64,000 nucleotides of DNA from a bacterium. Lineage in GTDB: Bacteria; Patescibacteriota; Microgenomatia; Daviesbacterales; UBA10151. A program made the translations under genes and the position numbers. Positions 19,467-29,473 of this stretch are shown piece by piece (positions within the stretch are counted from its first letter, which is position 1; each line of letters opens with the position of its first letter). The notes under the pieces were generated by a model, which saw only the letters and a program-made list of their open reading frames with translations, was not told the DNA's origin and made no database searches. The DNA lies in contig JAJYNW010000018.1 of the NCBI GenBank assembly GCA_021786105.1, positions 1 through 64,000 of the forward strand, in the 5' to 3' direction.

Positions 19467-20051
19467 ATGCCCAAATCTAAGCATAAGCTTGGTATTGACT
19501 TAAACCTACTAAAACCCCAAAGCAATCCGGAAAAACTTCCCGCCAAATTACTCAGTTGGCTGCTCTCCTCCGGCCGGTATATCTTTGTCTTAGTAGAAGC
19601 TCTGGTGTTAATAGCATTTGGCGCCAGGTTTAAGCTGGATGCAGATTTAGCTGCCAAAAAAGAAGCCATTGAAGATCAAATTCCCTATATCGAAAGCCTT
19701 AAGCCTTATGAAGTTTTAATCAGAGATACCCAGCTTAAATTATCAACTATAGATAATGCAAAACGTAATTCGCTGGATTGGCCGATGGTATTAAAAAAAA
19801 TTGCTGACCAAACCCCATTTAGCGTTAAACTTAGCAGCGTCAATATTACAAAAAATGCTGGCAACGGCGGTATCCACATCATCGGTCAAACCCCCAGCGG
19901 CAACGACCTAATTAGCTTTATTGCCGGCTTAAAGGGGGATAATGCATTCAGTAATGTTGATCTGGAAAATATTGGGGTCGATCAAACAATGATTTCCTTT
20001 ACAATAAGCACCTCAGTGAGACTAGGAGGCATGGAGGGAAAAAGCCTCTAA
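19467..20051 (+). CDS. Type IV pilus assembly PilN-like protein
   Basis: IDLNLL N-terminus, single TM, coiled coil, W..VL..IA..TP..V.L; precedes pilO. Confidence 0.75.
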   Translation: MPKSKHKLGIDLNLLKPQSNPEKLPAKLLSWLLSSGRYIFVLVEALVLIAFGARFKLDADLAAKKEAIEDQIPYIESLKPYEVLIRDTQLKLSTIDNAKRNSLDWPMVLKKIADQTPFSVKLSSVNITKNAGNGGIHIIGQTPSGNDLISFIAGLKGDNAFSNVDLENIGVDQTMISFTISTSVRLGGMEGKSL

Positions 20052-20054
20052 TCT

Positions 20055-20660
20055 ATGCAAAGCAAATCCACTCTCTATTCCAGATATTTTACCTATATCA
20101 AGCCGATTACCAGACTTCCGATCGTAAAAAATTATGGTCCGACCATCTTTACTTTACTAACCGTATCTGTACTGGCGTATTTTGCCATCAAACCGACGAT
20201 TGAAACCATTGTGGTGCTGCAAAAAAAGCTGGCTGATTCAGAAGTAATGCTGAAAAAGGTTACCGAAAAAGCCAATAACTTATCTTTAGCTAAAAAAAAT
20301 TATGATAATTTAAACCAAGGCATTAAAGAAAAGATTGTTGCCGCCATCCCTGATACGGTCAGCTTAAAAACGATTACCCAAACTTTGGAAACTACTGCCC
20401 AAGCCCACGAGGCATCAATATCAGCGTTACAATTCCAACCGCTGGTCATAGAAGCCAAAACTAAAGCTAAAACAGGTTCGCCGGCTGAAATCCCTTTTAC
20501 CTTCAATATTGCCGGCGATTACAAAAACTTAGTTGCCCTCTTGCAAGACCTTAAAACAAGTAGTAGGTTAATCACCATCGATAACCTGTCTATATCTAAA
20601 ACAAGTGACGGTACGGCAATAATTATGTCCTTATCCGGAAAGGCTTATTATTTCAAATGA
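20055..20660 (+). CDS. pilO: Type IV pilus assembly protein PilO
   Basis: Single TM, coiled coil, GDYKNL..LL..L.TSSRLITIDNLSI. Confidence 0.8.
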   Translation: MQSKSTLYSRYFTYIKPITRLPIVKNYGPTIFTLLTVSVLAYFAIKPTIETIVVLQKKLADSEVMLKKVTEKANNLSLAKKNYDNLNQGIKEKIVAAIPDTVSLKTITQTLETTAQAHEASISALQFQPLVIEAKTKAKTGSPAEIPFTFNIAGDYKNLVALLQDLKTSSRLITIDNLSISKTSDGTAIIMSLSGKAYYFK

Positions 20661-20839
20661 CGAGAAAAGAATGGTTGTTAGCTGCAATTTTTACTTTTGC
20701 AACAATTATGGCCTGGGTTATATCGGATGTTTTCCATGCCCGGTCTCAGGTGGAAGTATCTCCAAAACTGCAGGAGGTTATTGAACCAATTAACCCTAAT
20801 TTTAATACGGATAGCTTAGAATCTACGCCATCACCATGA
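20657..20839 (+). CDS. Small single-TM protein in the pil operon
   Basis: ATGA overlaps on both sides; one TM. Confidence 0.7.
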   Translation: MTRKEWLLAAIFTFATIMAWVISDVFHARSQVEVSPKLQEVIEPINPNFNTDSLESTPSP

Positions 20840-21810
20840 TGAATTTCATCACCAAATTAAAGATACCCACTGTTTTAGGGCTTGGCGTAATCCTTGCGGG
20901 AACTGTAGCCGGAGTGTATTTAAACCTTCAGGAACAAGTCTTTCTTTCCCGGGCCGCGCCTAATTTAACCCCTCAAAATATTACCGTAGCAAATATTACC
21001 GATACTTCAGTGGCAATTTCCTGGGAGACAAATTCCGAGGGCTCTTCTTTTATTACTTACGGTCAAAATAACCCCGGCGAACAAACAACTCTGGATGACA
21101 GAGATAACGGCACTCCCCAACCTCATTCCACCCACTACGTCACTCTGAAAAACCTTCTGCCTAAAACCGCTTATCAATATAAAATTATTTCCGGGAAAAT
21201 TACCTCCGATGTGGAAAAATTCGAAACCGCTCAACCTCTAACTAACCAAACAGAATTTGCCCCGGTCATCGGAACCGTATTAGATGACAACAAACCTTTG
21301 GAAGACGGCGTTGTTTATTTAGCCATCCCCGAGGCTGCTATTCAATCGGCGCTGGTTAAAATCGGCGGTAATTTTCTGATCCCGCTTTCACAAATTAGAA
21401 AAACTGATTTATCAGATTATCAACTAGCAGAAGGATTAAACGCCAAACTGACAATCCGTTCTGATAAAGGAGAAGCAAATATGCTTTTTAAATTAAAGGC
21501 AACCTCTTCACCTCTTCCACCGATAAAAATCGGACAAAGTATTGATTTGGCCACGCCGGAGGAAACACCAGTCCCAACACCTAATGAAAATTTAGGAAAA
21601 TATGATTTAAATGGGGATGGGAAAATAAACGCAGCGGATTATGCCATCTTGTCAGCTTGTTTTAGCAAACGCACTAGCCTGGTTTTACCCGGAAAAATAT
21701 CCTGCACCAAAGCAGATCTTAATGAAGACGAAGTCATAAACCAAAAAGATTTGGAGTTGATGAATCAAAAGTTTAAAGAATTAGGCGTCCCGGCAGTAGA
21801 ATCACAATAA
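20836..21810 (+). CDS. Surface protein: TM anchor, FN3/purple-acid-phosphatase-N-like domain, dockerin-like EF-hand pair
   Basis: V.NITDTS..ISW.T...H.VTLKNLLPKTAYQYKI; DLNGDGKINAADY and DLNEDEVINQKDL. Confidence 0.8.
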   Translation: MMNFITKLKIPTVLGLGVILAGTVAGVYLNLQEQVFLSRAAPNLTPQNITVANITDTSVAISWETNSEGSSFITYGQNNPGEQTTLDDRDNGTPQPHSTHYVTLKNLLPKTAYQYKIISGKITSDVEKFETAQPLTNQTEFAPVIGTVLDDNKPLEDGVVYLAIPEAAIQSALVKIGGNFLIPLSQIRKTDLSDYQLAEGLNAKLTIRSDKGEANMLFKLKATSSPLPPIKIGQSIDLATPEETPVPTPNENLGKYDLNGDGKINAADYAILSACFSKRTSLVLPGKISCTKADLNEDEVINQKDLELMNQKFKELGVPAVESQ

Positions 21811-21828
21811 AATTATCCTAAACTGGAT

Positions 21829-24057
21829 TTAAGCAGCTTTCTCCTTAACTTGTTCAGCAAGATCAGCCACGCGTTCAAGATTAACCTTATCAGGGAAACC
21901 ATCATAGGTTAAGCTAATCCAGGGTTTATTATATCGTCTTGAGATATGCTCTGAAAAAGCCGCTACAATTCCACCCGGCATACAACCATGCGGCATCACT
22001 GAAATCACTCCAGCAAAATGCCGATTGCGCATCTGACGAAGACCCGTTCCGATCGATAAAACAGCTTCGCTGCCGTTACGGCTGGGCAGGTAAACACCCG
22101 ACTCCTTTAGCAACTCCCAGGTGTGCGGTTCATACTCTGGAATAACTTTGTCACCCCAAGAAGCCACACCACGTTCACGCCACAATAACGCTAGTTCTCT
22201 TATAGTACCCCAGAATAATCGCCCTGGTTGTCTAAAATTCCAGGCATCCTCCAAGTTTCTCCAGGTGATGTATTTGAGCCATTCGCTCATTGGCGCCACT
22301 TCCGCCTCCAATCCATTAGCCTCACACACCTCTACAAGACCCTTATTACAAAATCTATTAGCTCTAAGATAAATCTCCCCATTAATACCTACCAAAGGAC
22401 GACGGGGTTTATTGGGATCTCGCGCTTCTGCAAATTTAGCTGTAGTTTCCCTCATCAACGGTTCAACTGGTTGACCAATCTCCATTAATTTTAACAACTC
22501 ACCCAAAGATTCCTCGTAAAGTTTATTCACTTGTCCTCCTTGACGCTCATACGATCTAGTCATCCATAGCAATCGTTGCAAAAGATCGGTAGCTAATATC
22601 CCTTCCCAAGCCCGAAGTTCAAACTTTTTACCCAAACCTAAATCTGCGTAGGCGTTATTGGAAACTGTAGTCACTACCTCCACATCTATACCTAAATCAC
22701 GAAGAATCTTTTGTTGCTCCTGAGCATATTTACCTAACCGACAAGCACCATACGAACCAGCCATCAAGGCCCGAGCTTTTTTTGGAAGAGTACCATCCTT
22801 CGCCATCCGGAGAAACCCACCAAGTGTGTCTCGGAAAGGTAAGCATTCCTTGCCGCTAGTCACATCCCGGCTAAGAGCCATACTTCTCTCATCAGACTCA
22901 GGCAAAACCTGCGCCTCCACCCCAAAAGATCGCATAACAGCAGCAACCACTGCAGCATGGTCAGACATTTGCGGGATAAATACATACTGACCAGAGTGCA
23001 GTATTGTGGGAACTGACCGGTAATAGTTTTCCGGTTTACCCATCAGATGCAATTTAGCGCGCTTGTAACCTCTGATAGTATTCACAAATGCTTCCAATCG
23101 GGTTATGTAACCAGCTTCAGCGGCATGTTCATCAAGCTCAATCTGACCCAAAGGTTTTCCTCCCATGATATCCTCAACAATGTTTTGAATAAATGAGTTA
23201 GGACCACAACCGAAGTTTGATAGGAATATTCCAAATAACTGCGGATTTTCTGCAATGATCCGGGAAGCAGCCAGAATTTTATTTTCATAATTCCAATAAG
23301 GCCGATCAGAAATCTTTTTAACATCGACACTGCCCAAAGAAAGATAGTCCATAGGAATTGGCACTACTCCTAGTTTTTGCAACTGCGTATCCATACCTAA
23401 GTTAGCACCCTCATCTTGAGCATTATAAGCACGAGCAAGCAGTACAACACCCAAAGCACTTGAATCAACTTTTAACTTTTCTAATGCCAGCTGACCTTCT
23501 ACTTGTAGTTGACTCTCAAATTGCTTTTGCGCCTCTATCCCTCCCTGAGCAGCTCTCAACCCCTCCCTCCAGCTAAAACCCAATTTCCTTTGAGCAATCC
23601 TTGCCAGACTCTTGACTAAAATCTTATCGCCTCTTGATAGATCTATCACTGGATCCAATATATCTATAGGAAGAAGGCCGCGCGCGAGACGATTGTCTGG
23701 ATTAAAAACCGTGCGGATAATATAAGGCGAAGCTTGAACTAAAGGGCAGGAATAACGCTGATTTTCATCCCCATCCATCCGGCCCATTCTGATCGCATTA
23801 GGAATAAGGATTTTATTTACACCTCGCTCCACCAACTCAGCCACATGGCCATGCAGCAACTTTACTGGGAAACAAGTTTCCGAATAAGCCAGTTCCAGCG
23901 ATTTCTCAATAGTCTGCTTATTCGTGGGTGTAGAAAAAACCATTGGCACCTTAAGGTTGTGCAAAAAACCTCCCAGTAGCGGCGCTAAATCAAAAGTCAT
24001 GAGCGCTTTCGGTATACCAACTGTACCCGGTTCCAATTCAATTTCTTGTCTGTGCAT
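21829..24057 (-). CDS. 2-hydroxyacyl-CoA dehydratase/reductase-like subunit (DUF2229; PlsR/Ger reductase-like, two domains)
   Basis: VGIPKAL, ETCFPVKLLHGHV, YSCP, NFGCGPNS, ELDEH..EAG..TRLEAF, GKECLP, GACRLGKY and PHGCMPG; AAGGAGG before ATG 24057. Confidence 0.85.
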   Translation of the reverse strand: MHRQEIELEPGTVGIPKALMTFDLAPLLGGFLHNLKVPMVFSTPTNKQTIEKSLELAYSETCFPVKLLHGHVAELVERGVNKILIPNAIRMGRMDGDENQRYSCPLVQASPYIIRTVFNPDNRLARGLLPIDILDPVIDLSRGDKILVKSLARIAQRKLGFSWREGLRAAQGGIEAQKQFESQLQVEGQLALEKLKVDSSALGVVLLARAYNAQDEGANLGMDTQLQKLGVVPIPMDYLSLGSVDVKKISDRPYWNYENKILAASRIIAENPQLFGIFLSNFGCGPNSFIQNIVEDIMGGKPLGQIELDEHAAEAGYITRLEAFVNTIRGYKRAKLHLMGKPENYYRSVPTILHSGQYVFIPQMSDHAAVVAAVMRSFGVEAQVLPESDERSMALSRDVTSGKECLPFRDTLGGFLRMAKDGTLPKKARALMAGSYGACRLGKYAQEQQKILRDLGIDVEVVTTVSNNAYADLGLGKKFELRAWEGILATDLLQRLLWMTRSYERQGGQVNKLYEESLGELLKLMEIGQPVEPLMRETTAKFAEARDPNKPRRPLVGINGEIYLRANRFCNKGLVEVCEANGLEAEVAPMSEWLKYITWRNLEDAWNFRQPGRLFWGTIRELALLWRERGVASWGDKVIPEYEPHTWELLKESGVYLPSRNGSEAVLSIGTGLRQMRNRHFAGVISVMPHGCMPGGIVAAFSEHISRRYNKPWISLTYDGFPDKVNLERVADLAEQVKEKAA

Positions 24058-26029
24058 GTTCCTCCTTCTTTTCAAAATTACCAAATAACAACTCATTCCG
24101 ACGGGTATAGTGAGTTCTAACTTTTCCCTGTTTCAGATGTATTCCAGTAGCATCATAGCGGTCACAGCGCGAACCATAATACAATCTATGCCCGCCTTCA
24201 GTAGTCATCATACTGATAACACACAGATTTTCACAATGATGGCAGGTAAAATTTGTTAATTTGTAACTGGCTTCCGCTAGCTGAGAAAAGCCTTTAAATT
24301 GTGATAATTTATCTGCCGGCTGCTCTTCCAAAGCTAATAGCGCGGCGCCAATCGCCCCTGTCACCTCTTTATGCACAGGAACGACGAAAGTTTTATCCGG
24401 ATATTCGGCCCGGAAAGCCGACACTGCCGCCTCGTTGTAAAAAACGGCTCCTGTCAGGACAATGTGATTACCCACTCTGCGCATACCTACTACTTTAGAA
24501 CGATAGTTCTTAGCAAGCGAGATAGACAAACTGGATACGATCTTCTCAAGGGATGCTCCAGCATGTTGAGCCGCAGTTACCGCCTGACTCATAAAGGCTG
24601 CGCACTTCTCCCCAAGATCCAGCTGCTCCTCTGCATCAAAGGCTTTACGAGCAAATTCCCCGTTTCTGGTAGAAACTCCCAGCTGTTCGGACAACTCATC
24701 AATAAAACTGCCAGTACCGGCAGCGCAAGCTTTGTTCATCTGGTACTCCAAAACCACGCCGTTCTCCAAATAGACATACTTGGAATCCTGACCACCCATC
24801 TCAAAAATCGTATTTACCTGGGGATCAATGTTGAGAGCGGCTCTAGTTTGGGCAGTAATCTCATCTCTGATTAAATCAGCACCAATAAAGTTGCCGACCA
24901 GATAACGGCCCGAACCGGTTACCCCGACAGCCTTCACCATTACCCTACCTTCAACCATTGGCACTAAATTAGCCATCACCTGTTTGATTGCCTCCAAAGG
25001 CTGACCAGCTGTCATCAAATATGTTTTAGCCAGCACCTCGCCGCCAGGAGTAATTACCGCCGCCTTAGTACTAGTCGAGCCAACATCTACTCCCAAACCC
25101 ACCTCTCTTATTTCTGGACCTAATTCAATCGGTTTCCAGCCATCTGGCAAAATCTCCGGCTTTAATTGACATGGAACATAAGTTAATTCATTATTACTCT
25201 GCCGGAGCGGAGAAAATTCCTTTGGACTACATGACTCGTTTCGGGCTAACAAAGCAGCACCAATCGCCCCGCGACTGGCATGCTGGGACGGTACTATCAC
25301 TTGTTCGCCTAAAACACCAGAGAAAGCCCGCACCACCCCCTGGTTTCCGGCGACACCTCCAATAAGAATTACTGGTGACTCAAAGGTGCCTTTCCATTGC
25401 GCCCTTACCATCCTAGCCACGCTATCGGAAAGCCCGGCCAGCATCGCTGGTATAGGTGTGCCTTTTTGTTGAAGATGAATCAGATCCGATTTGGCAAACA
25501 CAGAACAACGGGCAGCGATTCGGGGTGGGTCCTCTGTCCACTCCAGAGCTTTTGACCCAAATTCCTCAATGGATATGCCCAAACGCGAAGCCTGCTGCTC
25601 CAAAAACCGGCCGGTGCCTGCAGCACATAAAGACGAACGGGCAACTCGCCAAGGTTTATTAAGTCGGTCTTCTAAACCAATCACTAAAGAGGTTTGGCCG
25701 CCAACTTCAACAATTGTTTTGGGGTTAGGATGATCCAACAACACTCCAACGATTGCGGCGTAAGGAGAACTGAAAATCTGCCACCCTTCCTGATCTTCGT
25801 AAATCCTACGTCCTGAACCAGTTACTCCGGCACTCACGATTCGATCCAAAGACACATAAGTCTGGACCCGCTCCCATAAGGCTTTTGTAGCTGCAACCGG
25901 CCCTTCTTGGATACGTTCGCAATCTAGATAGATTGGTTGGCCTGATTTATCTACCAAGGCGACTCGGGCATTTACCGAACCAATATCTAATCCTGCAAAT
26001 AAAGGACCTCCATCTGATTGTTCGATCAT
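24038..26029 (-). CDS. CoA-substrate-specific enzyme activase (two BadF/BcrAD ASKHA ATPase domains, Fe-S)
   Basis: GLDIGS and GVDVGSTSTK, GVTGSGR twice, CAAGTG twice, RCSVFAKSD, CAAFM, C-terminal CHHCENLC. Confidence 0.92.
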   Translation of the reverse strand: MIEQSDGGPLFAGLDIGSVNARVALVDKSGQPIYLDCERIQEGPVAATKALWERVQTYVSLDRIVSAGVTGSGRRIYEDQEGWQIFSSPYAAIVGVLLDHPNPKTIVEVGGQTSLVIGLEDRLNKPWRVARSSLCAAGTGRFLEQQASRLGISIEEFGSKALEWTEDPPRIAARCSVFAKSDLIHLQQKGTPIPAMLAGLSDSVARMVRAQWKGTFESPVILIGGVAGNQGVVRAFSGVLGEQVIVPSQHASRGAIGAALLARNESCSPKEFSPLRQSNNELTYVPCQLKPEILPDGWKPIELGPEIREVGLGVDVGSTSTKAAVITPGGEVLAKTYLMTAGQPLEAIKQVMANLVPMVEGRVMVKAVGVTGSGRYLVGNFIGADLIRDEITAQTRAALNIDPQVNTIFEMGGQDSKYVYLENGVVLEYQMNKACAAGTGSFIDELSEQLGVSTRNGEFARKAFDAEEQLDLGEKCAAFMSQAVTAAQHAGASLEKIVSSLSISLAKNYRSKVVGMRRVGNHIVLTGAVFYNEAAVSAFRAEYPDKTFVVPVHKEVTGAIGAALLALEEQPADKLSQFKGFSQLAEASYKLTNFTCHHCENLCVISMMTTEGGHRLYYGSRCDRYDATGIHLKQGKVRTHYTRRNELLFGNFEKKEEHAQTRN

Positions 26030-26091
26030 TTTTTAAGCTTTTTATTTAGTCAGGAAATATTTAATCTGGATTATACCGGGATTATTACAAT

Positions 26092-26736
26092 TTATTCAAG
26101 GCTGAGGAATTTATTAACCAGCAAAAACTCTGCCTGGGGTTTTTCTAGTTTTCCTGATTTAATTTTGAAATCAATCTCTAAAACCTCTTTATAAAGACTG
26201 GCAATTTTTTCCATAGGAAAGTTTTTTCTTTGCCTTTGCAGTTTATCTTTAACAAATTGCGGGGCATTTTTGGGAGTTACTGCCAAATTCCTTAACAGGT
26301 AAAAAACCATGGTCAGACAATAATGAATATCAAAACCGGCCAGTTTTAATTTTTCCAGCTCCACAAAAGCTTTTTGATCTCCAGCTGCCAATAAATCTAA
26401 AAACGGAAAAACCGATACCTCTCTACCTTCCGGAAAAAGCAAAGCTTCAAATCCTGGCCATTTTTTGGGATCAACTTCCCGATCAAACCATAAAATTAGG
26501 GTATAGGGTGTAGAGTGTAGGGTGTAGTTAGCAAATTCAGTGGGAGGGTTTTCTAAAATTACTAATTGCTGATCCTCAAATAGTGATTGGGCAGACAAAC
26601 CAGTTTTGATGGTTGATAAATCAGTCCCTTCTTCGTAGACCACTACATTATTGGGGTCAAATTTTTGCTTTAAATCTATCAGTTTTTTTCTTGAGGCAAC
26701 TTTAGCGGGTCCGTGCAGCAGCAGTGGCTTCATCAT
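26092..26736 (-). CDS. holA: Probable truncated DNA polymerase III delta subunit-like protein
   Basis: LLLHG, QSLFEDQQLVILE and EIDFKIKSG motifs. Confidence 0.6.
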   Translation of the reverse strand: MMKPLLLHGPAKVASRKKLIDLKQKFDPNNVVVYEEGTDLSTIKTGLSAQSLFEDQQLVILENPPTEFANYTLHSTPYTLILWFDREVDPKKWPGFEALLFPEGREVSVFPFLDLLAAGDQKAFVELEKLKLAGFDIHYCLTMVFYLLRNLAVTPKNAPQFVKDKLQRQRKNFPMEKIASLYKEVLEIDFKIKSGKLEKPQAEFLLVNKFLSLE

Positions 26737-27937
26737 TTATCAGTTCTCCTGTGAGTATCTTTTTAACATATCCCTGGATGGTAGAAAAGTCATCATCTAA
26801 AGACACCAGTACATAAGCCCCGCCATAATCACCCCGGGGCGGATTAACCAATAGTGATTGCCGGTTATTTGGCAAACCGGTTTTTGGAGAATCGTCCAGC
26901 ACAAAAGTATCCATCTTACCGGCTTTACGGGATAATTTGAAAAACTCAATCACGTCCTGAACTGAAATATCCGTATCAATACTACGGCCAAAAGTATTTA
27001 ACAACTCCGAAATTTTACCTGGACTAGTTAGCGTTTCCCAGGACAATACCTTCTCCTTAATGGCAGTTATCACCTTCTCCTGCCTTTTAGACCTGGCAAA
27101 ATCAGACGATTCCCAATTAGTACCATGCCTCGACCGGACAAATTTTAAGGCAGTTTCCCCATCCAGATGAAGCGGGCCTTTATCAAAGCGGAGATGTTCA
27201 TACCGGCAGGTGAAATATTTGGCGCCCATATCCTCCTGGGCTGAATCTGTGGCTATGCTGCCGTCGGGGGCAAAAAAGAATTTTCTTTTGCCGGGCTGAA
27301 CGCCCATTTGTTTGGCCTGATCGTCTGAAACATCAATCTCTTTCTCGGTATAACCGCATAGATCATTTTCCTTACCCTCAATAGGATAGTTGTAATCATC
27401 AAAAGTTTTATCCACCGTAATATCCAACCCGCCCAAGGTGTCAACAACTCGGACAAACCCCTGAAAATCAATCCTTAAAGCATAATGTATGGGCAAACCT
27501 AAAATGTTGCCAATAGCAGTTTTGGTTAATCCCAAGCCATTATTTTGCGACAGGCCCATTTGATAAACCCCGTTGACTTTAGTTTGCAAAGACGGCAGCC
27601 ATAAATCTCTGGGGATAGAAATCAGATTAATTTGGTTAGTCTTCAGATTATAGGAAGCTACCATTATGGTATCAGTCAAATTTGGCCCATCATGATCACC
27701 CCCGCCTATCCCCAACAGCAATATATTAACCCGGTCATTAGTAGATTTTAAGGAAGTTCCGGAAAGAATGTGAGTAACATAAGAACTGGTACCGGACCGG
27801 GTCACCAGAAAAAAAGCAAACGATATCAAAACACCAACCACCAACAGCAGGAGGCTTAATTTTTTAAAAATATTTTTGGCGCGTTTCTCTTTGGAGGAAT
27901 TTTCTCTCCCGAGTCTTACAAGTCTTAAATTCTTCAC
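26702..27937 (-). CDS. LCP (LytR-CpsA-Psr) family phosphotransferase
   Basis: NILLLGIGG, LTDTIMV, SIPRDLW, ALKFVRSRH and SDFARSKRQ motifs. Confidence 0.95.
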   Translation of the reverse strand: MKNLRLVRLGRENSSKEKRAKNIFKKLSLLLLVVGVLISFAFFLVTRSGTSSYVTHILSGTSLKSTNDRVNILLLGIGGGDHDGPNLTDTIMVASYNLKTNQINLISIPRDLWLPSLQTKVNGVYQMGLSQNNGLGLTKTAIGNILGLPIHYALRIDFQGFVRVVDTLGGLDITVDKTFDDYNYPIEGKENDLCGYTEKEIDVSDDQAKQMGVQPGKRKFFFAPDGSIATDSAQEDMGAKYFTCRYEHLRFDKGPLHLDGETALKFVRSRHGTNWESSDFARSKRQEKVITAIKEKVLSWETLTSPGKISELLNTFGRSIDTDISVQDVIEFFKLSRKAGKMDTFVLDDSPKTGLPNNRQSLLVNPPRGDYGGAYVLVSLDDDFSTIQGYVKKILTGELINDEATAAARTR

Positions 27938-28615
27938 CTAAATCTTCTCCGAAACTTGCTGGCAGATCTTCACAAACCCTTCCGCATCTAAAGAAGCTTT
28001 ACCGATTAATACTCCGCTGATATTTGGCTGGCTGACAAAAGCTGAAACATTATCGGCAGTCACACTGCCACCGTATAAAACTTCCAGACCTGAACCATTT
28101 TTTTCTTTTAAACTCTCAGCCACTTGATTAGCGTTTTCTGAAGTATCCGGGTTTCCAGTACCGATGGCAAATACCGGCTCATATGCTATTAATTTACAAC
28201 CCTGGGGAACCGGAGTCTCCGCACTTTGGACACATACTAATGGAGTGATATTATTTACCAAAGCCTGTTCGACTTTTTTGGCAACCATCTCGTCAGTTTC
28301 GCCAAAATTTTGCCGGCGCTCAGAATGGCCCAAAATCGCCAGGTTAATCAGTTGATTCAAAATTGGGGCCGACTCTTCGCCGGTATAAGCACCCGTTCCA
28401 AATGGCGATAAATTCTGCGATCCTACCATAATAGGAAAATTACCTACCGTGATAGTTTTTTTGACCTCCGATAAATCAGTAAAGGTGGGACAAACTACCA
28501 CCTTTAAATTATCATCTTTAGAAATATGCGGTCCAACTTGTGAAATCCACTCCAAAGCTTCACTGATATTTTTGTTAGATTTCCAGTTAGCAATAATCCA
28601 AATAGTTTTATTCAT
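27938..28615 (-). CDS. tpiA: Triosephosphate isomerase
   Basis: ANWKSN, GAYTGE, LGHSERR, AYEPVFAIGTG and LYGGSV motifs. Confidence 0.96.
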   Translation of the reverse strand: MNKTIWIIANWKSNKNISEALEWISQVGPHISKDDNLKVVVCPTFTDLSEVKKTITVGNFPIMVGSQNLSPFGTGAYTGEESAPILNQLINLAILGHSERRQNFGETDEMVAKKVEQALVNNITPLVCVQSAETPVPQGCKLIAYEPVFAIGTGNPDTSENANQVAESLKEKNGSGLEVLYGGSVTADNVSAFVSQPNISGVLIGKASLDAEGFVKICQQVSEKI

Positions 28616-28626
28616 AATTAATATTT

Positions 28627-28776
28627 AAGGTGGCAAAGTCACAAAGTACAAAAGCAATTAGAAAGTTTTGTGTGCAGATACTAGTCACAAAACTTTCCTA
28701 TAGCGAGACTAGAGAATTAACTTAATGTTTCAGCTTCCACTAGTCAAGCGGTGCTTTTTACTGTGACGAGCCACTT
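28627..28776. repeat. About 150-nt multi-stem structured intergenic element
   Basis: Outer GTGGC/GCCAC, GTCACA/TGTGAC, AAAAGCA/TGCTTTT; inner GAAAGTTTTGTG/CACAAAACTTTC and GACTAG/CTAGTC. Confidence 0.6.
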
Positions 28777-28806
28777 ATTTTCTGCGACCACGGCGAGCTG
28801 ATTTAT

Positions 28807-29106
28807 TCAACCAAACCAGCCATACTTTTCCAAGTTTATCATGAAATCCTTACTTACTTCTATGCCCTCTTGCTCAAGCAGTGCCTTCTGGAGATTCCTG
28901 GAGTGCTCTAGACATTTGGTGGAAATAAAACCATGGCGGTTGACTACCCGGTGCCAAGGAAGGCTTTCCATATTAAAATGTAAGACACCTCCCACAAACA
29001 AACCTCCTTGGGGAAACCCGGTTAAGGCCGCCACTGTTCCATAAGTGGTAACACGACCAGCGGGAATTTGTGCAACAATTTTGAGAACTTTATCTTTAAA
29101 ATTCAA
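28807..29106 (-). CDS. Alkyltransferase-like protein (MGMT family, Trp instead of catalytic Cys)
   Basis: IPAGRVTTYG and PWHRVVN motifs. Confidence 0.9.
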   Translation of the reverse strand: MNFKDKVLKIVAQIPAGRVTTYGTVAALTGFPQGGLFVGGVLHFNMESLPWHRVVNRHGFISTKCLEHSRNLQKALLEQEGIEVSKDFMINLEKYGWFG

Positions 29107-29360
29107 CTTTGAAGTAATTTTAATAAATCTTCTTTCGAGGTCACACCAATTTTCCTGCCGACTTCTTTTCCATCTTTTAAAACAACATAGGTAGGAATAC
29201 TCATCACACCATATCTGGCCGCTTCTTCTGCTTTTTCATCCACATTAATCTTTTCTATTTCCACCTTGCCAGCCAGCTCTTTTTCCAGCTCTTCGATCAC
29301 CGGGTTCATCATTTGGCAGGGACCGCACCAGGGCGCCCAAAAATCTAAAAGTTTGGTCAT
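29103..29360 (-). CDS. trxA: Thioredoxin
   Basis: DFWAPWCGPC and GVMSIPT motifs. Confidence 0.95.
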   Translation of the reverse strand: MTKLLDFWAPWCGPCQMMNPVIEELEKELAGKVEIEKINVDEKAEEAARYGVMSIPTYVVLKDGKEVGRKIGVTSKEDLLKLLQS

Positions 29361-29473
29361 AAGGAATAAAATAATACCACTACCAAAAATTTTGTAAAGA
29401 CTTAAAAGCCGGTTCGTATCGTTTTCTTACTTTCAAAGTTAACAAACTACTTTTGAAAACAATTAGCTAAAAT

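Noticed and set aside
24038-24096. Frameshift breaking a single fused activase gene
   Set aside because: The split falls in the interdomain linker and the second gene has a strong AAGGAGG and ATG, so a genuine two-gene form is more likely.
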